Positions 1 through 9,726 of a stretch of 64,000 bases of DNA are shown piece by piece; within the stretch, counting starts at the first letter, position 1; each line of letters opens with the position of its first letter. The DNA is from Verrucomicrobiia bacterium (GTDB lineage: Bacteria > Omnitrophota > Omnitrophia > Omnitrophales > Aquincolibacteriaceae): contig DATJFP010000026.1 of NCBI GenBank assembly GCA_035495615.1, positions 15,635 through 79,634 of the forward strand. The letters run 5' to 3'. A model generated the notes under the pieces. That model made no database searches, had not been told where the DNA came from, and saw only the letters and a list, made by a program, of their open reading frames with translations. The position numbers and the translations under genes were made by a program.

Positions 1-554
1 ACAATCTTACCACGGATTTTGTTTCCCCGGCGCGTGGGTTTTTCTTCCGGAAACCGCCGCAGCGTTTTCAGCCGCGGGCCGAGGCTCGCGACGCGTCCGC
101 CGCTGGCAAGATAGGCCGCGGCCGGGGCCATGATGTCCCGGCCGTGAAACGTGTTCGAGATTTTGGCCGCGAAAGCGCGGGAAACCGTATGGGCTTGCAG
201 CTTCGGGAAAAGGCCCGCGAGAAATCCGAGAAGTCCGTTGTCGGGCGCGATAAAAACGTAACGGCCGGTGTCCACGGCCACGATCTTTCTCGCCGTGCCT
301 ACGCCGGGATCGACCACGGCCACGAAAACCGTGCCCTGGGGATAATATTTGAAGCAAGCCTCGAGAAAATAACCGGCCCCGCGAACATCCAGCGGCGTGA
401 TTTCGTGAGAGAGGTCCGTGATCACAGCCTGCGGCGCGCGCAGCCGGAGCACGCCTTTCATGGATGCGGCATAGGGGTCGCGCGTTCCGAAATCGGTCAA
501 AAGCGCGATGGTCCGCGCCCGCGGGCGGGGCCTCATTCCGTTTTTCTCAGCCAT
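1..554 (-). CDS. S-adenosyl-L-methionine hydroxide adenosyltransferase family protein (DUF62/SAM_adeno_trans), 3' end runs off window
   Basis: Own minus-strand translation from ATG at 554: MAEKNG...ALLTDFGTRDPYAASMKGVL...VAVVDPGVGT. LTDFG-DPY-MKGV is the hallmark N-terminal motif of the chlorinase/fluorinase-like SAM hydroxide adenosyltransferase family. Not in the ORF track because no stop lies inside the window. Confidence 0.55.
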   Translation of the reverse strand, partial: MAEKNGMRPRPRARTIALLTDFGTRDPYAASMKGVLRLRAPQAVITDLSHEITPLDVRGAGYFLEACFKYYPQGTVFVAVVDPGVGTARKIVAVDTGRYVFIAPDNGLLGFLAGLFPKLQAHTVSRAFAAKISNTFHGRDIMAPAAAYLASGGRVASLGPRLKTLRRFPEEKPTRRGNKIRGKI

Positions 555-1804
555 TCCGAAGCGTGGACGATTTTCCTTTCCACGGAATCAAAGACGTGGA
601 TGCAGTTGCGGCCCTGACGTTTGGATTCCAGAAGCGCCGCGTCCACCCACTTGATGAGAAAGTCGGTGTCGATCGTCGACTGAGGAATTTCCGTCGTGAC
701 ACCCAGGCTGATCGTAATGTGGAAAGAATCGCGCGACGGCATCACGACGACGAGGTCAGGGTCTTGCTCCACGCTCTGGCGCAGCTGCTCCGCGGCGCGC
801 ACGGCTTCGGGAAGCCTCTGCCCCGGCAGGATGATGCAGAATTCGTCGCCGCCGTAGCGGAAGATGAGATTGCGTTCGGAAAGCGTGTTCTTGACCTTGT
901 GCGCCACCAGCTGGAGGATGCGGTCGCCCTGCTGATGGCCGGCCAGGTCGTTGATGGTCTTGAAGCCGTCCACGTCGAACATGATCAAGGAGAAAACCTG
1001 CAGGCATTCTTTGTCTTTGTAAATCTCGTTGGTCAGCCAGCGGGTCATGTAGCTGCGGTTGTAAGCGCCGGTCAGCGTATCCACGAGCGCGAGCGTCTCC
1101 ACCCTCTCATAGGCGCGCTTCAGGCGGACCTGGTAATCCTGCAAGACGCGGTTTTCCCTCTCGGTCTCGCTTTTCAGCGTGAATTCTTTGAAGCGCATGG
1201 TCTCGTTCATGCGCGACGCGACCATGGAAACGAAGATGAAGAATAGCAGGTAGCTGTTGGACTTGATGAACCAGGCCCATTCCACTTCCTGGCGCCCGAG
1301 CACGATGCCGAGGGGATAGAAAATGTAGAGCGGCACGCATACGCTGGCCGTCGCCGCCGCGCCCCACGGCATCAAAAATCCCATAAGAATAAAAAACAGC
1401 GTGAACGTCACCATCTGGTCGAAGCCCGTCTGGACGTTGAGAATGCGCTGGAGCATGGTGGTGGCGCCGACGAAGATCGCAAGCATGATCGTAAATGCGT
1501 AGCAGCTCTTCCGGAACGGCGGCACGAAGCTGAAGACGCCGAAGCACAGCAGCAGCGCGCTCGAAACGAACTCGATCCGGACGGAAGGATTGATGTTCGG
1601 CGCGGCGTTCGTGTTCCATTCCGTGATGAACGAAATCATGTAAAGCAGGAACAGAAAAACGACGCAAAGACGGAAACGGGGCACGGCAAGCCGTTCGGTT
1701 TCCATCTCGAAGAACGACTTCACTTCGTCGTTGACGGTGGTCTGGGCCTGAAAAAAACGGACCAGATGGGCGGATGTTTTTTTGTTCGCTGCTGCCATGC
1801 GCAC
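533..1804 (-). CDS. membrane-anchored diguanylate cyclase (multi-TM N-terminus + GGDEF domain)
   Basis: 423 aa ORF. Hydrophobic N-terminal half, C-terminal RYGGDEF motif with upstream DVDGFKTINDLAGH. Confidence 0.85.
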   Translation of the reverse strand: MRMAAANKKTSAHLVRFFQAQTTVNDEVKSFFEMETERLAVPRFRLCVVFLFLLYMISFITEWNTNAAPNINPSVRIEFVSSALLLCFGVFSFVPPFRKSCYAFTIMLAIFVGATTMLQRILNVQTGFDQMVTFTLFFILMGFLMPWGAAATASVCVPLYIFYPLGIVLGRQEVEWAWFIKSNSYLLFFIFVSMVASRMNETMRFKEFTLKSETERENRVLQDYQVRLKRAYERVETLALVDTLTGAYNRSYMTRWLTNEIYKDKECLQVFSLIMFDVDGFKTINDLAGHQQGDRILQLVAHKVKNTLSERNLIFRYGGDEFCIILPGQRLPEAVRAAEQLRQSVEQDPDLVVVMPSRDSFHITISLGVTTEIPQSTIDTDFLIKWVDAALLESKRQGRNCIHVFDSVERKIVHASEWLRKTE

Positions 1805-1823
1805 GCTGCGGCAAAGCCGCGGA

Positions 1824-2420
1824 TTATTCTTCCGGTTTGGCCATTTCGGTTTTCATGCTTTTCGTGGTGACGCGGTCCAGGTACGCAAAATCATCGGTGT
1901 CAATGCGCACAAACTCGCCTGTTTTGACGAACTGCGGTACCAGGATTTTGAGGCCGTTCTCGAGCTCCGCCTCTTTGGAGGTTGCGCCGCCGCCCATGGG
2001 AGCAGGCGTGCTCGTCACCTGCAATTCCACGATCTTAGGGAAATCCACGCCGACCGCCTTTCCCTCGACGAAATCCACGCCGATCTCCGAATTCTCTTTG
2101 AGGAAAACCGACTGCTTCCCGACGGCCTTCTCCGGGAGGGAAAATTGCTCGTACGTTTCCATGTTCATGAACACGTACTGGTTCGCGTCTTTGTACGAGT
2201 ACTGCATTTTGACCCGATGCGACTCCAGCGTCTCGATTTTTTCTTCGGCCCGCAGGCTTTTCTCCATCATGTGGCCGTCTTCCAGCGATTTGAGCTTCAT
2301 GTGCATGGTCTTGCCGACCTTGCCGCTGCCTTTCATTTCCTGCGAAATCACCTTGCAGATTTTGCCTTCCAGATTCAGGACATTGCCGACTCTGAGATCC
2401 CCTGCCACCGCCATACGCAC
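1824..2420 (-). CDS. efp: elongation factor P
   Basis: 198 aa. KPGKG-like loop (MKGSGKVGKT) and overall EF-P architecture. Start may be the second Met (2414). Confidence 0.9.
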   Translation of the reverse strand: MRMAVAGDLRVGNVLNLEGKICKVISQEMKGSGKVGKTMHMKLKSLEDGHMMEKSLRAEEKIETLESHRVKMQYSYKDANQYVFMNMETYEQFSLPEKAVGKQSVFLKENSEIGVDFVEGKAVGVDFPKIVELQVTSTPAPMGGGATSKEAELENGLKILVPQFVKTGEFVRIDTDDFAYLDRVTTKSMKTEMAKPEE

Positions 2421-2433
2421 CTCCCTGACTTTT

Positions 2434-3243
2434 CTACAGCAGCTCCTTGTAATCGCGCCATGCGAACGGCGGAGCGCCGCAGACCACGAACTCCGGGTTG
2501 ACCATGTCTTCCCGGTTGTAACGCAAGAGGCCGCCTTCCGCCGTGGCCAGGCTTCCTCCCGCCTCGTTGACCACGCAATGCGCGGCCGCCGTATCCCACT
2601 CCATGGTCGGACTGAGCCGGGGATAAAAATTTGCCTTCCCCTCGGCCACGAGGCAAATCTTGAGCGCGCTTCCCATGCTGATCATGGACGCGTCCGGCAG
2701 CCGGGCCAAAAAGGCCTTGAGCCGTTCGTTCGTATGCGACCGGCTGGCCACGACAATGAGTCCGTCCTTGCGGTAGTCGGAAACAAAAAGGCGCGTTTCG
2801 CCGCCGTTTGCTTTCTTGTAAGCGCCCAAGCCTTGGGCCCCGCTGTACGTCATTCCAAGCACCGGCGCGTGAACGACACCGAGGACCGGATCGCCGCCGC
2901 GCACCAGCGCGATGTTCACTGTAAATTCGCCGTTGCGCTTGATGAATTCCTTGGTGCCGTCCAGAGGATCCACGAGCCAGCACTGGCTCCAGCCCCGCCT
3001 TTTTTCGTACGGAGGAACCGCGGACTCCTCCGAAATCACGGGAATGTCCGGAGAAATCCTGATCAATTCGCCTTGGATCAGCTCGTGCGCGGCCTGGTCG
3101 GCCTTGGTCAACGGCGAGTGATCTTCCTTAAAAGTCGTGCCAAAATCGCCGCCTTCGTAAATCGCTTTGATGGCTCTTCCCGCTTGTTCGGAAATTTCCA
3201 CCACGCGGCGGCGCAAAGCGTCTGTCAGTTCGATAATTTTCAT
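2434..3243 (-). CDS. cysQ: 3'(2'),5'-bisphosphate nucleotidase / inositol monophosphatase family (CysQ-like)
   Basis: WLVDPLDGTKEF metal-binding motif. Longer ORF to 3345 rejected because it overlaps tRNA-Gly. Start taken at MKIIELTDAL. Confidence 0.8.
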   Translation of the reverse strand: MKIIELTDALRRRVVEISEQAGRAIKAIYEGGDFGTTFKEDHSPLTKADQAAHELIQGELIRISPDIPVISEESAVPPYEKRRGWSQCWLVDPLDGTKEFIKRNGEFTVNIALVRGGDPVLGVVHAPVLGMTYSGAQGLGAYKKANGGETRLFVSDYRKDGLIVVASRSHTNERLKAFLARLPDASMISMGSALKICLVAEGKANFYPRLSPTMEWDTAAAHCVVNEAGGSLATAEGGLLRYNREDMVNPEFVVCGAPPFAWRDYKELL

Positions 3244-3311
3244 GATGACCTTGCCTATGGTTATCGGCCGGGAGGGATAAGGAGTGAAGACACCCTTTTG
3301 CATGGTAAATT

Positions 3312-3385
3312 TGGAGCGGGATACGGGAATCGAACCCGTGTCCATAGCTTGGGAAGCTATTGTACTACCATTGTACTAATCCCGC
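3312..3385 (-). tRNA. tRNA-Gly (anticodon CCC), CCA encoded
   Basis: Hand-folded: acceptor GCGGGAT/ATCCCGC, anticodon stem ATAGC/GCTAT with loop TTCCCAA, T-arm CGGGTTCGATTCCCG, 3' TCCA. Confidence 0.8.
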
Positions 3386-3455
3386 TTGAACTGCGAAGGC
3401 ATGCTGCGAGCCTATTTTATGCCGGGCGGCAGGAAAATAAAGGCTTTTTTCAGGA

Positions 3456-4424
3456 TCAAAAGACGGACAGCTTGCGGAAAAGATCGAGGCGCTCTTCAAT
3501 GTCGGAGCGCTTGATGCGGCGCAGCTTTTCAAGCCCGAAATCTTCGACGGCAAAGGAAGCGACCATGCTTCCGTAAGCCGCGGCTTTTTTGATGGCTTCG
3601 AAGCTGACTTCGCCCTGAGACGCGAGATATCCCATGAGACCGCCGGCAAAACTGTCGCCCGCTCCCGTGGGATCAAAGACGCCGTCCAGCGGATACGCCG
3701 GAAGGGCAAAGAAAAGATTGTCCCCCAATATCAGGACCCCGTGCTCGCCTTTCTTGATAATGACGTACTGCGGCCCCCATTCCCGGATCTTCCGCGCGGC
3801 CTTGATCAGGTTCGCCTCGCCTGTCAGCTGGCGCGCCTCGCCGTCATTCAATACCATCGCATCGACGCGGGCCATCACCTTAAGAAGCGCATCGCGCTGG
3901 CTGTCGATCCAGTAATTCATCGTGTCCATGGCCACGAATTTGAGCCGGGGTTTTTCCAGCTGGTCCAGGACTTTTGCCTGCAGATGCGGATCGATGTTCG
4001 CAAGAAAAATAAACGGCGGCTTATTTTCGAATTTGAGCACCGGATCGAAACCCGTGAGCACGTTCAAATGGGTCTCGAGCGTTTTGGCCGAGTTCATGTC
4101 ATGCTCGTAAAAGCCTTTCCAGGAAAACGTCTTTCCTTCGACGACCTGCAAATGGCTGAGGTCGATCGGATGCTCCTTGAGCACGGCGCGATATTCGTCG
4201 GGGAAATCCTTGCCGACCACGCCGACAAGCGCGACGGAAGTAAAAAAACTGGCGGCATAGGAGAAATAAGCCGCGGAGCCGCCGAAGACTTTTTCGCGGA
4301 CGCCGAACGGCGTCTTGATGTTATCGATCGCGACCGTGCCGATGACTGCGAGAGAATTAGGCGACCGCGGTGTTTTCACGGCAAGCGTCGATTTGTTCGC
4401 AAAGCTTTTTTGTGGCTGCATAAA
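3456..4424 (-). CDS. PfkB/ribokinase-family carbohydrate kinase (candidate heptose-7-phosphate kinase, HldA-like)
   Basis: DPTGAGDSFAGG PfkB signature. Start taken at MQPQKSF (internal Met). Context with gmhA and hldC suggests a heptose kinase but specificity is not provable from sequence. Confidence 0.65.
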   Translation of the reverse strand, partial: FMQPQKSFANKSTLAVKTPRSPNSLAVIGTVAIDNIKTPFGVREKVFGGSAAYFSYAASFFTSVALVGVVGKDFPDEYRAVLKEHPIDLSHLQVVEGKTFSWKGFYEHDMNSAKTLETHLNVLTGFDPVLKFENKPPFIFLANIDPHLQAKVLDQLEKPRLKFVAMDTMNYWIDSQRDALLKVMARVDAMVLNDGEARQLTGEANLIKAARKIREWGPQYVIIKKGEHGVLILGDNLFFALPAYPLDGVFDPTGAGDSFAGGLMGYLASQGEVSFEAIKKAAAYGSMVASFAVEDFGLEKLRRIKRSDIEERLDLFRKLSVF

Positions 4425-5034
4425 CGTCCTCCGCGTCGAAGATGGCGCGGACCACGGCAAAACGCCGCGCCCCGCAGGAATAAACCGATGAAAGATTGGA
4501 TGCGTCGATGCCCCCAATGGCGACAAAAGGCCGCGAAATCGCACGCGAAACTTCCCGGACAAGGCTCATACCGACCGGCTCGTACGCGGGTTTCGTCGGC
4601 GTCGAAAAAACGGGACCGACGCCGATGTAATCCACTTCTTCCGCCGCCGTACGAAGCGCCTGCTCGTAACTGTGCGTGGACTTGCCGAGAAACATTTCGG
4701 CGCCTGCCCTCCGCATCAAAGCGCTCACATCCGCGACCGGCATGTCGTCCTGGCCGATGTGAAGGCCGTCGGCCGACGTGGCAAGGGCAATGTCCAGGCG
4801 GTCATTCACAAAATAAAGTTTCCGGCAGCGGTCCGCGATTTCGCGGATCCGGCGCCCGCAGGCGACAAGCTCGCCGTCAGAGAGAGCCTTGGAACGCAGC
4901 TGCACGATGTCCGCGCCGCCGGCATAAGCCGCTTCCACCTTTTTGAAAAAAGAAACATCCCCCGCTTTGATGTCCGTCACCGCGTAAAGCCGGAAATTCC
5001 GGAACACTTCGCTTTTCCAACCGGTCATGGTCAT
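4357..5034 (-). CDS. thiE: thiamine-phosphate synthase
   Basis: 225 aa. LYAVTD, GADIVQLR, IGVGPVFSTPTK motifs typical of ThiE. Confidence 0.85.
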   Translation of the reverse strand: MTMTGWKSEVFRNFRLYAVTDIKAGDVSFFKKVEAAYAGGADIVQLRSKALSDGELVACGRRIREIADRCRKLYFVNDRLDIALATSADGLHIGQDDMPVADVSALMRRAGAEMFLGKSTHSYEQALRTAAEEVDYIGVGPVFSTPTKPAYEPVGMSLVREVSRAISRPFVAIGGIDASNLSSVYSCGARRFAVVRAIFDAEDVYAATKKLCEQIDACRENTAVA

Positions 5035-5519
5035 TGGCCGCTTTTTTCCAGGATCTTGGTGATCACGTTCGTCGTGGAACGCCCCTTCAAAAACGTGATG
5101 CGTTTCACTTTGCCGCCCCAGCTTTTGACTTCAGGTCCGCCGACAATGTCCCCCGTTTTCCAATCCGCGCCTTTCACCAGGACATCGGGACGGATTTTGA
5201 GGATAAGGTTGATAGGCGTGGGTTCGCCGAAAAGGATGACGTTGTCGACACAGGCAAGCGCGGAGAGGACTTCGAGCCGGTCTTCCTGGGGATTCACGGG
5301 ACGGGTCGGGCCTTTGTAAGCGCGCACGGAAGCGTCGTTGTTCACGCCGATGATGAGCACGTCACCCAGCGTGCGGGCTTTGGCCAGGTACCGGACATGT
5401 CCGGCGTGAAGGATGTCGAACGTACCGTTGGTGAACACGATCTTTTTGCGTTTGGCGCGGTACTTGGCGACGGTGCGGGCGAGCGAGGTCTCGGTGAGGA
5501 TCTTCGGCCCGGCTTTCAT
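5031..5519 (-). CDS. hldC: D-glycero-beta-D-manno-heptose 1-phosphate adenylyltransferase (RfaE domain II type)
   Basis: FTNGTFDILHAGHVRYL and VNPQEDRLEVL...VLVKGADW closely match E. coli RfaE C-terminal domain. Start taken at MKAGPKIL. Confidence 0.85.
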   Translation of the reverse strand: MKAGPKILTETSLARTVAKYRAKRKKIVFTNGTFDILHAGHVRYLAKARTLGDVLIIGVNNDASVRAYKGPTRPVNPQEDRLEVLSALACVDNVILFGEPTPINLILKIRPDVLVKGADWKTGDIVGGPEVKSWGGKVKRITFLKGRSTTNVITKILEKSGQ

Positions 5520-5523
5520 GAAC

Positions 5524-6099
5524 TCACGAACCGAAAAGCGTCGCTTCGACCACTTCCGAAACGGCATGCAGGCAGGTAATGTGCATTTCCTGGATGTGCG
5601 GGGTTTTGTCGGATTGGGCGCAGAAGCAGATGTCGGCGAACTTTTTCATTTGCCCGCCGCTCCGGCCCGTGAACGCAATCGTGACCAGCCCCTGAGCTTT
5701 GGCCTTTTCCATCGCCAGAAGCACGTTTTTGGAATTGCCACTCGTGGAAATCCCGATCAGGATGTCGCCTTTCTGGCCGAGGCCTTCCACCTGGCGGGCA
5801 AAAACGACTTCATAATTATAGTCGTTTGCCAGCGCGGTCAGGATGGACGAATCCGTGGTGAGCGCGATCGCGGGCAGGCTCCGTCTTTCCAGCTTGAAGC
5901 GCGCGATGAACTCCGCGGCAATGTGCTGGGAATCCGCCGCGCTTCCGCCGTTACCGCAAAGCAGCAGCTTGTTCCCGGAACGGAAGGCGCGCAGAATTTC
6001 TTTCGCGACTTTTTCCAGCACGGCCACATGCTCGGGAACGAACGTCTTTTCAACGGCGTCCCGGTGATCGTCAAGAATTTGTCCAAGGGGCTTGATCAT
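5524..6099 (-). CDS. gmhA: D-sedoheptulose 7-phosphate isomerase
   Basis: 191 aa SIS-domain protein. LCGNGGSAADSQH and GISTSGNS motifs. Confidence 0.85.
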   Translation of the reverse strand: MIKPLGQILDDHRDAVEKTFVPEHVAVLEKVAKEILRAFRSGNKLLLCGNGGSAADSQHIAAEFIARFKLERRSLPAIALTTDSSILTALANDYNYEVVFARQVEGLGQKGDILIGISTSGNSKNVLLAMEKAKAQGLVTIAFTGRSGGQMKKFADICFCAQSDKTPHIQEMHITCLHAVSEVVEATLFGS

Positions 6100-6101
6100 G
6101 A

Positions 6102-7133
6102 TTATCCGAAGAAGATGCTCGCCATTTCGTAAAAATCAGGCGGCACGGTTTTCAGCTTGCCCACGGCTTCCTGCAGGGAAACGTCGCCGATGTTGCGGCC
6201 CTGAAGGCTGACCATGTGGCCGAACTTCTCGAGCTTCACCAGCTCCACGGCCTTGACGCCGAAACGGGTGCCGAGCACGCGGTCAAACGCGGTCGGTGTG
6301 CCGCCGCGCTGGATGTGGCCGAGCACGGTGACGCGCGTTTCGAAACCGGTCTTCTTTTCGATGAGGTCGCCCAGCAGATTGCCCACCCCGCCGAGACGCA
6401 CGTGGCCGAACTGATCGAGTTTTTCTTCCGCGACCACGTTCTGGTTCTTCATGTGTGCGCCTTCGGCGACAGCCACGATGCTGAACGTCTTGCCGCGGGC
6501 GTGGCGGCGCTTGATGAGGTCGCAGACTTTTTCGATGTCGATCGCAACTTCGGGAATCAGAATCACGTCCGCCCCTCCGGCAAGGCCGGCTTCCAGGGTG
6601 ATCCAGCCGGCATGACGGCCCATGATCTCGACCACCATGACGCGGTTGTGCGATTCCGCCGTCGTATGAAGACGGTCGATGCATTCTGTGGCGATGTTGA
6701 GCGCCGTATCGAAGCCGAACGTGTAGTCGGTGGCGTTCAGGTCGTTATCGATGGTCTTCGGAACGCCTACGACGCGCACGCCTTCCTTATGAAGCCTGAA
6801 GGCCGCGCCGAGCGTGTCTTCGCCGCCGATCGCGATCAGGGCATGGAGATTGTTCTTTTCCATGGTCGCCTTGACCTTGGCAATGTCTTCGGGCTTTTTG
6901 CAGGGGTTCGTACGCGAGGTCCCGAGGATCGTGCCGCCTTTGGGAAGAATGCCGGAAACGGAGTTGTCGTCCAGGACGATGAAATCGCTCTCGAGCATGC
7001 CCCTCCAGCCGTAACGGAATCCGAGCGTCTTCCACTCGTCGCGCTGGGCCGCCTTCACCACCGCGCGGATTACTGCGTTCAATCCGGGGCAATCCCCGCC
7101 GCCTGTCAAAACTCCGATCTGCTTCATTTTCAA
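6102..7133 (-). CDS. pfk: 6-phosphofructokinase (ATP- or PPi-dependent)
   Basis: GVLTGGGDCPGLNAVIR, IGGEDTLG, MGRHAGW motifs. Confidence 0.85.
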   Translation of the reverse strand: MKMKQIGVLTGGGDCPGLNAVIRAVVKAAQRDEWKTLGFRYGWRGMLESDFIVLDDNSVSGILPKGGTILGTSRTNPCKKPEDIAKVKATMEKNNLHALIAIGGEDTLGAAFRLHKEGVRVVGVPKTIDNDLNATDYTFGFDTALNIATECIDRLHTTAESHNRVMVVEIMGRHAGWITLEAGLAGGADVILIPEVAIDIEKVCDLIKRRHARGKTFSIVAVAEGAHMKNQNVVAEEKLDQFGHVRLGGVGNLLGDLIEKKTGFETRVTVLGHIQRGGTPTAFDRVLGTRFGVKAVELVKLEKFGHMVSLQGRNIGDVSLQEAVGKLKTVPPDFYEMASIFFG

Positions 7134-7151
7134 AACTCCTCCTTGAAATAA

Positions 7152-7733
7152 TTAAGCCGAGATCACCTGGTCATTGCTGGCTTCAGTGTTCGGAAGTTCA
7201 CCTTCATGGTCTTCTATTCTGATAACGTCGCAAATCACTTCGAGCCGGTTATCGGGCCCGAGAATTTTCCGCACGCGCTGGCCGACTTCGTCCTGGATTT
7301 CCGCCATGAGCTTGGGCACTCCGGCGCCGGACCAGAGTACGAGACGGATTTTGATCTCGAGATCCTTGCCGTGAATCATGGTCTTGATTTTCCCTTCCTT
7401 GACCATGTGAAAACGCTTGAGCGCCTTCTTGGCAATGTCTTCGACGGCGGTCACGGATACGATCATGGGCCCGATCTCGCTCTGGAAAATGATGGCGTCC
7501 GACTCGCGGCCCTTCTTCACGAGCATCTTGGAAAAAATAAGCCCCACGACGATGAAAAAAAGCCCGACAATTCCGGTTTGCACCGATTTCAACGGGCTGT
7601 CGTAAAGCTCGCGGATCTTGTAGATCGCGTCTTCCACGGAAAGCACGTGAAGGGCCACAATAATAAGAAGGCTTCCCAGCGTCAGGAAGGAAAAAATAGC
7701 GAAAATCTGGGCAAAGACATTGATGACTTTCAT
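7152..7733 (-). CDS. Asp23/Gls24-family (alkaline shock protein-like) protein with N-terminal TM segments
   Basis: Two hydrophobic helices then Asp23-like region (VICDVIRIED, VTAVEDIAKKAL). Confidence 0.45.
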   Translation of the reverse strand: MKVINVFAQIFAIFSFLTLGSLLIIVALHVLSVEDAIYKIRELYDSPLKSVQTGIVGLFFIVVGLIFSKMLVKKGRESDAIIFQSEIGPMIVSVTAVEDIAKKALKRFHMVKEGKIKTMIHGKDLEIKIRLVLWSGAGVPKLMAEIQDEVGQRVRKILGPDNRLEVICDVIRIEDHEGELPNTEASNDQVISA

Positions 7734-7737
7734 GGGA

Positions 7738-9129
7738 TCACCCCGCTGCCGCGGCAGCTTTTCCTTCGGCGGCAGGCGCCTTCGCCGCGGGAGTCAGATA
7801 GGTATCGATAAAGTTGGTCGTCACGGCGCCCTGGCGGAAGCGCGGCCGATTGAGGATTTTCTCGTGGAGCGAAACCGTGGTTTTGATCGGCCCGATCTGC
7901 GTTTCTTTCAGGGCGCGGAGCATGATCTGAATCGCGTCATGGCGGTTTTTGCCGTGCGCGATGAATTTCGCGATCATGGAATCGTAATACGGCGGAATCG
8001 CATAGCCGGCATAGCCCTGGCTGTCGACGCGGAAATGCGGGCCGCCCGGCACCATCCACGTGGTGATCTTGCCCGGCGAAGGCCGGAAATCGTTGTCCGG
8101 ATCTTCGGCATTGATGCGGCACTCGATCGCATGGCCGTTGATCTCGACCTTGTCCTGCGTCAGGCTCAATTTCTCTCCCGCCGCGATGTGGATCTGCTCC
8201 TTGACAATGTCGACGCCCGTCACCATTTCCGTCACCGGATGCTCCACCTGGAGCCTCGTGTTCATTTCCATGAAATAAAAATTATCTTCCGAATCGACGA
8301 GGAATTCAATGGTCCCGGCATTCTCATACTTGAACGTCTTGGCCGCCTTAATCGCAGCTTCGCCGATCTTACGCCGCAATTTCTGAGTCATGCCGGGCGC
8401 CGGAGACTCTTCGATCAGTTTCTGGTGACGGCGCTGCACCGAGCAATCGCGCTCCCCCAGGTGAATGATGTTACCACGGCTGTCCGCCATGATCTGAATT
8501 TCAATGTGCCGCGGGTCCTTCACCAGCTTTTCGATGTAAACTTCGCGGTTGCCGAACGCAGCTTCCGCCTCGGCCTGCGCCGTCAGAAATGCGCTGATCA
8601 GTTTGCCGTCATTGTGCGCGGGCTTAATGCCTTTCCCGCCGCCGCCGGCGGATGCCTTGAGGATGACCGGGTAGCCCATTTTCTTCGCCAGCCGAAGCGC
8701 CTCTTCCTGGTCTTTGATCGTGCCGCGGCTGCCGGGAATGATCGGAACGCCGGCCTTGCGCATTTCCTCGCGGGCCACAGACTTGTCTCCGGCCATGCGG
8801 ATGCTTTCCGGCTTCGGCCCGATAAATTTGATCTGGCAGGATTCGCAGATCTCGGCAAAATGCGCGTTCTCAGCCAAAAAGCCATAGCCGGGATGGATGG
8901 CCTCGACGTCGGCGATTTCCGCCGCAGAGATCAGCGCGGGGATGTTCAGGTAGCTTTCCGAAGAAGGCGCTTCTCCGATGCAGATGGCCTCGTCCGCTAG
9001 CTTGACGTGGAGAGAATCCCGGTCGGCTTTGGAAAAAACGGCCACCGAATAAATGCCCATGTCGCGGCAAGCGCGGATGATGCGCACCGCGACCTCGCCG
9101 CGGTTGGCGATCATGATTTTATGAAACAT
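7738..9129 (-). CDS. accC: acetyl-CoA carboxylase biotin carboxylase subunit
   Basis: 463 aa. [22 protein letters not shown]-terminus and ATP-grasp motifs. Confidence 0.9.
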   Translation of the reverse strand: MFHKIMIANRGEVAVRIIRACRDMGIYSVAVFSKADRDSLHVKLADEAICIGEAPSSESYLNIPALISAAEIADVEAIHPGYGFLAENAHFAEICESCQIKFIGPKPESIRMAGDKSVAREEMRKAGVPIIPGSRGTIKDQEEALRLAKKMGYPVILKASAGGGGKGIKPAHNDGKLISAFLTAQAEAEAAFGNREVYIEKLVKDPRHIEIQIMADSRGNIIHLGERDCSVQRRHQKLIEESPAPGMTQKLRRKIGEAAIKAAKTFKYENAGTIEFLVDSEDNFYFMEMNTRLQVEHPVTEMVTGVDIVKEQIHIAAGEKLSLTQDKVEINGHAIECRINAEDPDNDFRPSPGKITTWMVPGGPHFRVDSQGYAGYAIPPYYDSMIAKFIAHGKNRHDAIQIMLRALKETQIGPIKTTVSLHEKILNRPRFRQGAVTTNFIDTYLTPAAKAPAAEGKAAAAAG

Positions 9130-9165
9130 AAACGGTCATTCCGTTGGACGGATGTTTTGTGAGGA

Positions 9166-9630
9166 TCACGCTTTTTTGATCCTGAAAAGAGGCTGGTCGA
9201 ATTCGATCGGGTCGCCATTGTCGACGAGAATTTCTTCGATTACTCCCGACACGTCGGACTTGATTTCATTCATCAGCTTCATCGCCTCGACGATGCACAG
9301 AACGTCCCCTTCCTTAATAGTCTGACCGACCGAAGCATACGGGGGCTGGTCCGGCGCCGGCGCCGAGTAAAAAGTCCCAACCATGGGCGAACGCACGAGA
9401 GTGCCTCCCATCGGCACTTCGGCGGAAGGAACGTCATGAACCTGGGCAGCGCCTCCTTCGTGACGGGGCGCGAATCCCCCCTGCGGCATCGCCATGGGCC
9501 GCTCCATCACGATCTGGCCGGCAATGTTCTTTCTGAGCTTGAGTTTCATGCCTTCTTTCTCGAGCTCGATTTCGCAAAGATCGTGTTCACGCATAAGGCC
9601 GAGTATTTCTTTGATCTCTTTAATATTCAT
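9166..9630 (-). CDS. accB: acetyl-CoA carboxylase biotin carboxyl carrier protein
   Basis: EAMKLMNEI biotinylation motif and Pro/Ala-rich linker. Confidence 0.85.
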   Translation of the reverse strand: MNIKEIKEILGLMREHDLCEIELEKEGMKLKLRKNIAGQIVMERPMAMPQGGFAPRHEGGAAQVHDVPSAEVPMGGTLVRSPMVGTFYSAPAPDQPPYASVGQTIKEGDVLCIVEAMKLMNEIKSDVSGVIEEILVDNGDPIEFDQPLFRIKKA

Positions 9631-9726
9631 CTGCTTCCCTACGGTTGCGGTGGAGAGTCCAAGTCGTTACGCAATAGCTAGTTATATTAGACAGTTTCCT
9701 CTCTTACGTCAAACGGAAACACACGG

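Noticed and set aside
1774-3576. 600-aa plus-strand ORF spanning efp, cysQ and tRNA-Gly. Similar long ORFs occur at 13538-15577 (+), 18377-19687 (+), 7720-9000 (+), 46067-47284 (-), 52043-53416 (+), 43855-44655 (-).
   Set aside because: They lie antisense to well-supported conserved genes. High-GC genomes generate long stop-free shadow frames. Their translations are Arg/Ala/Gly-rich with no recognisable domains.
3456-4424. Calling the PfkB kinase next to thiE as ThiD (HMP-P kinase).
   Set aside because: It carries the ribokinase-type DPTGAGDSF anion-hole motif rather than ThiD signatures. Heptose-kinase context is more consistent, though unproven.
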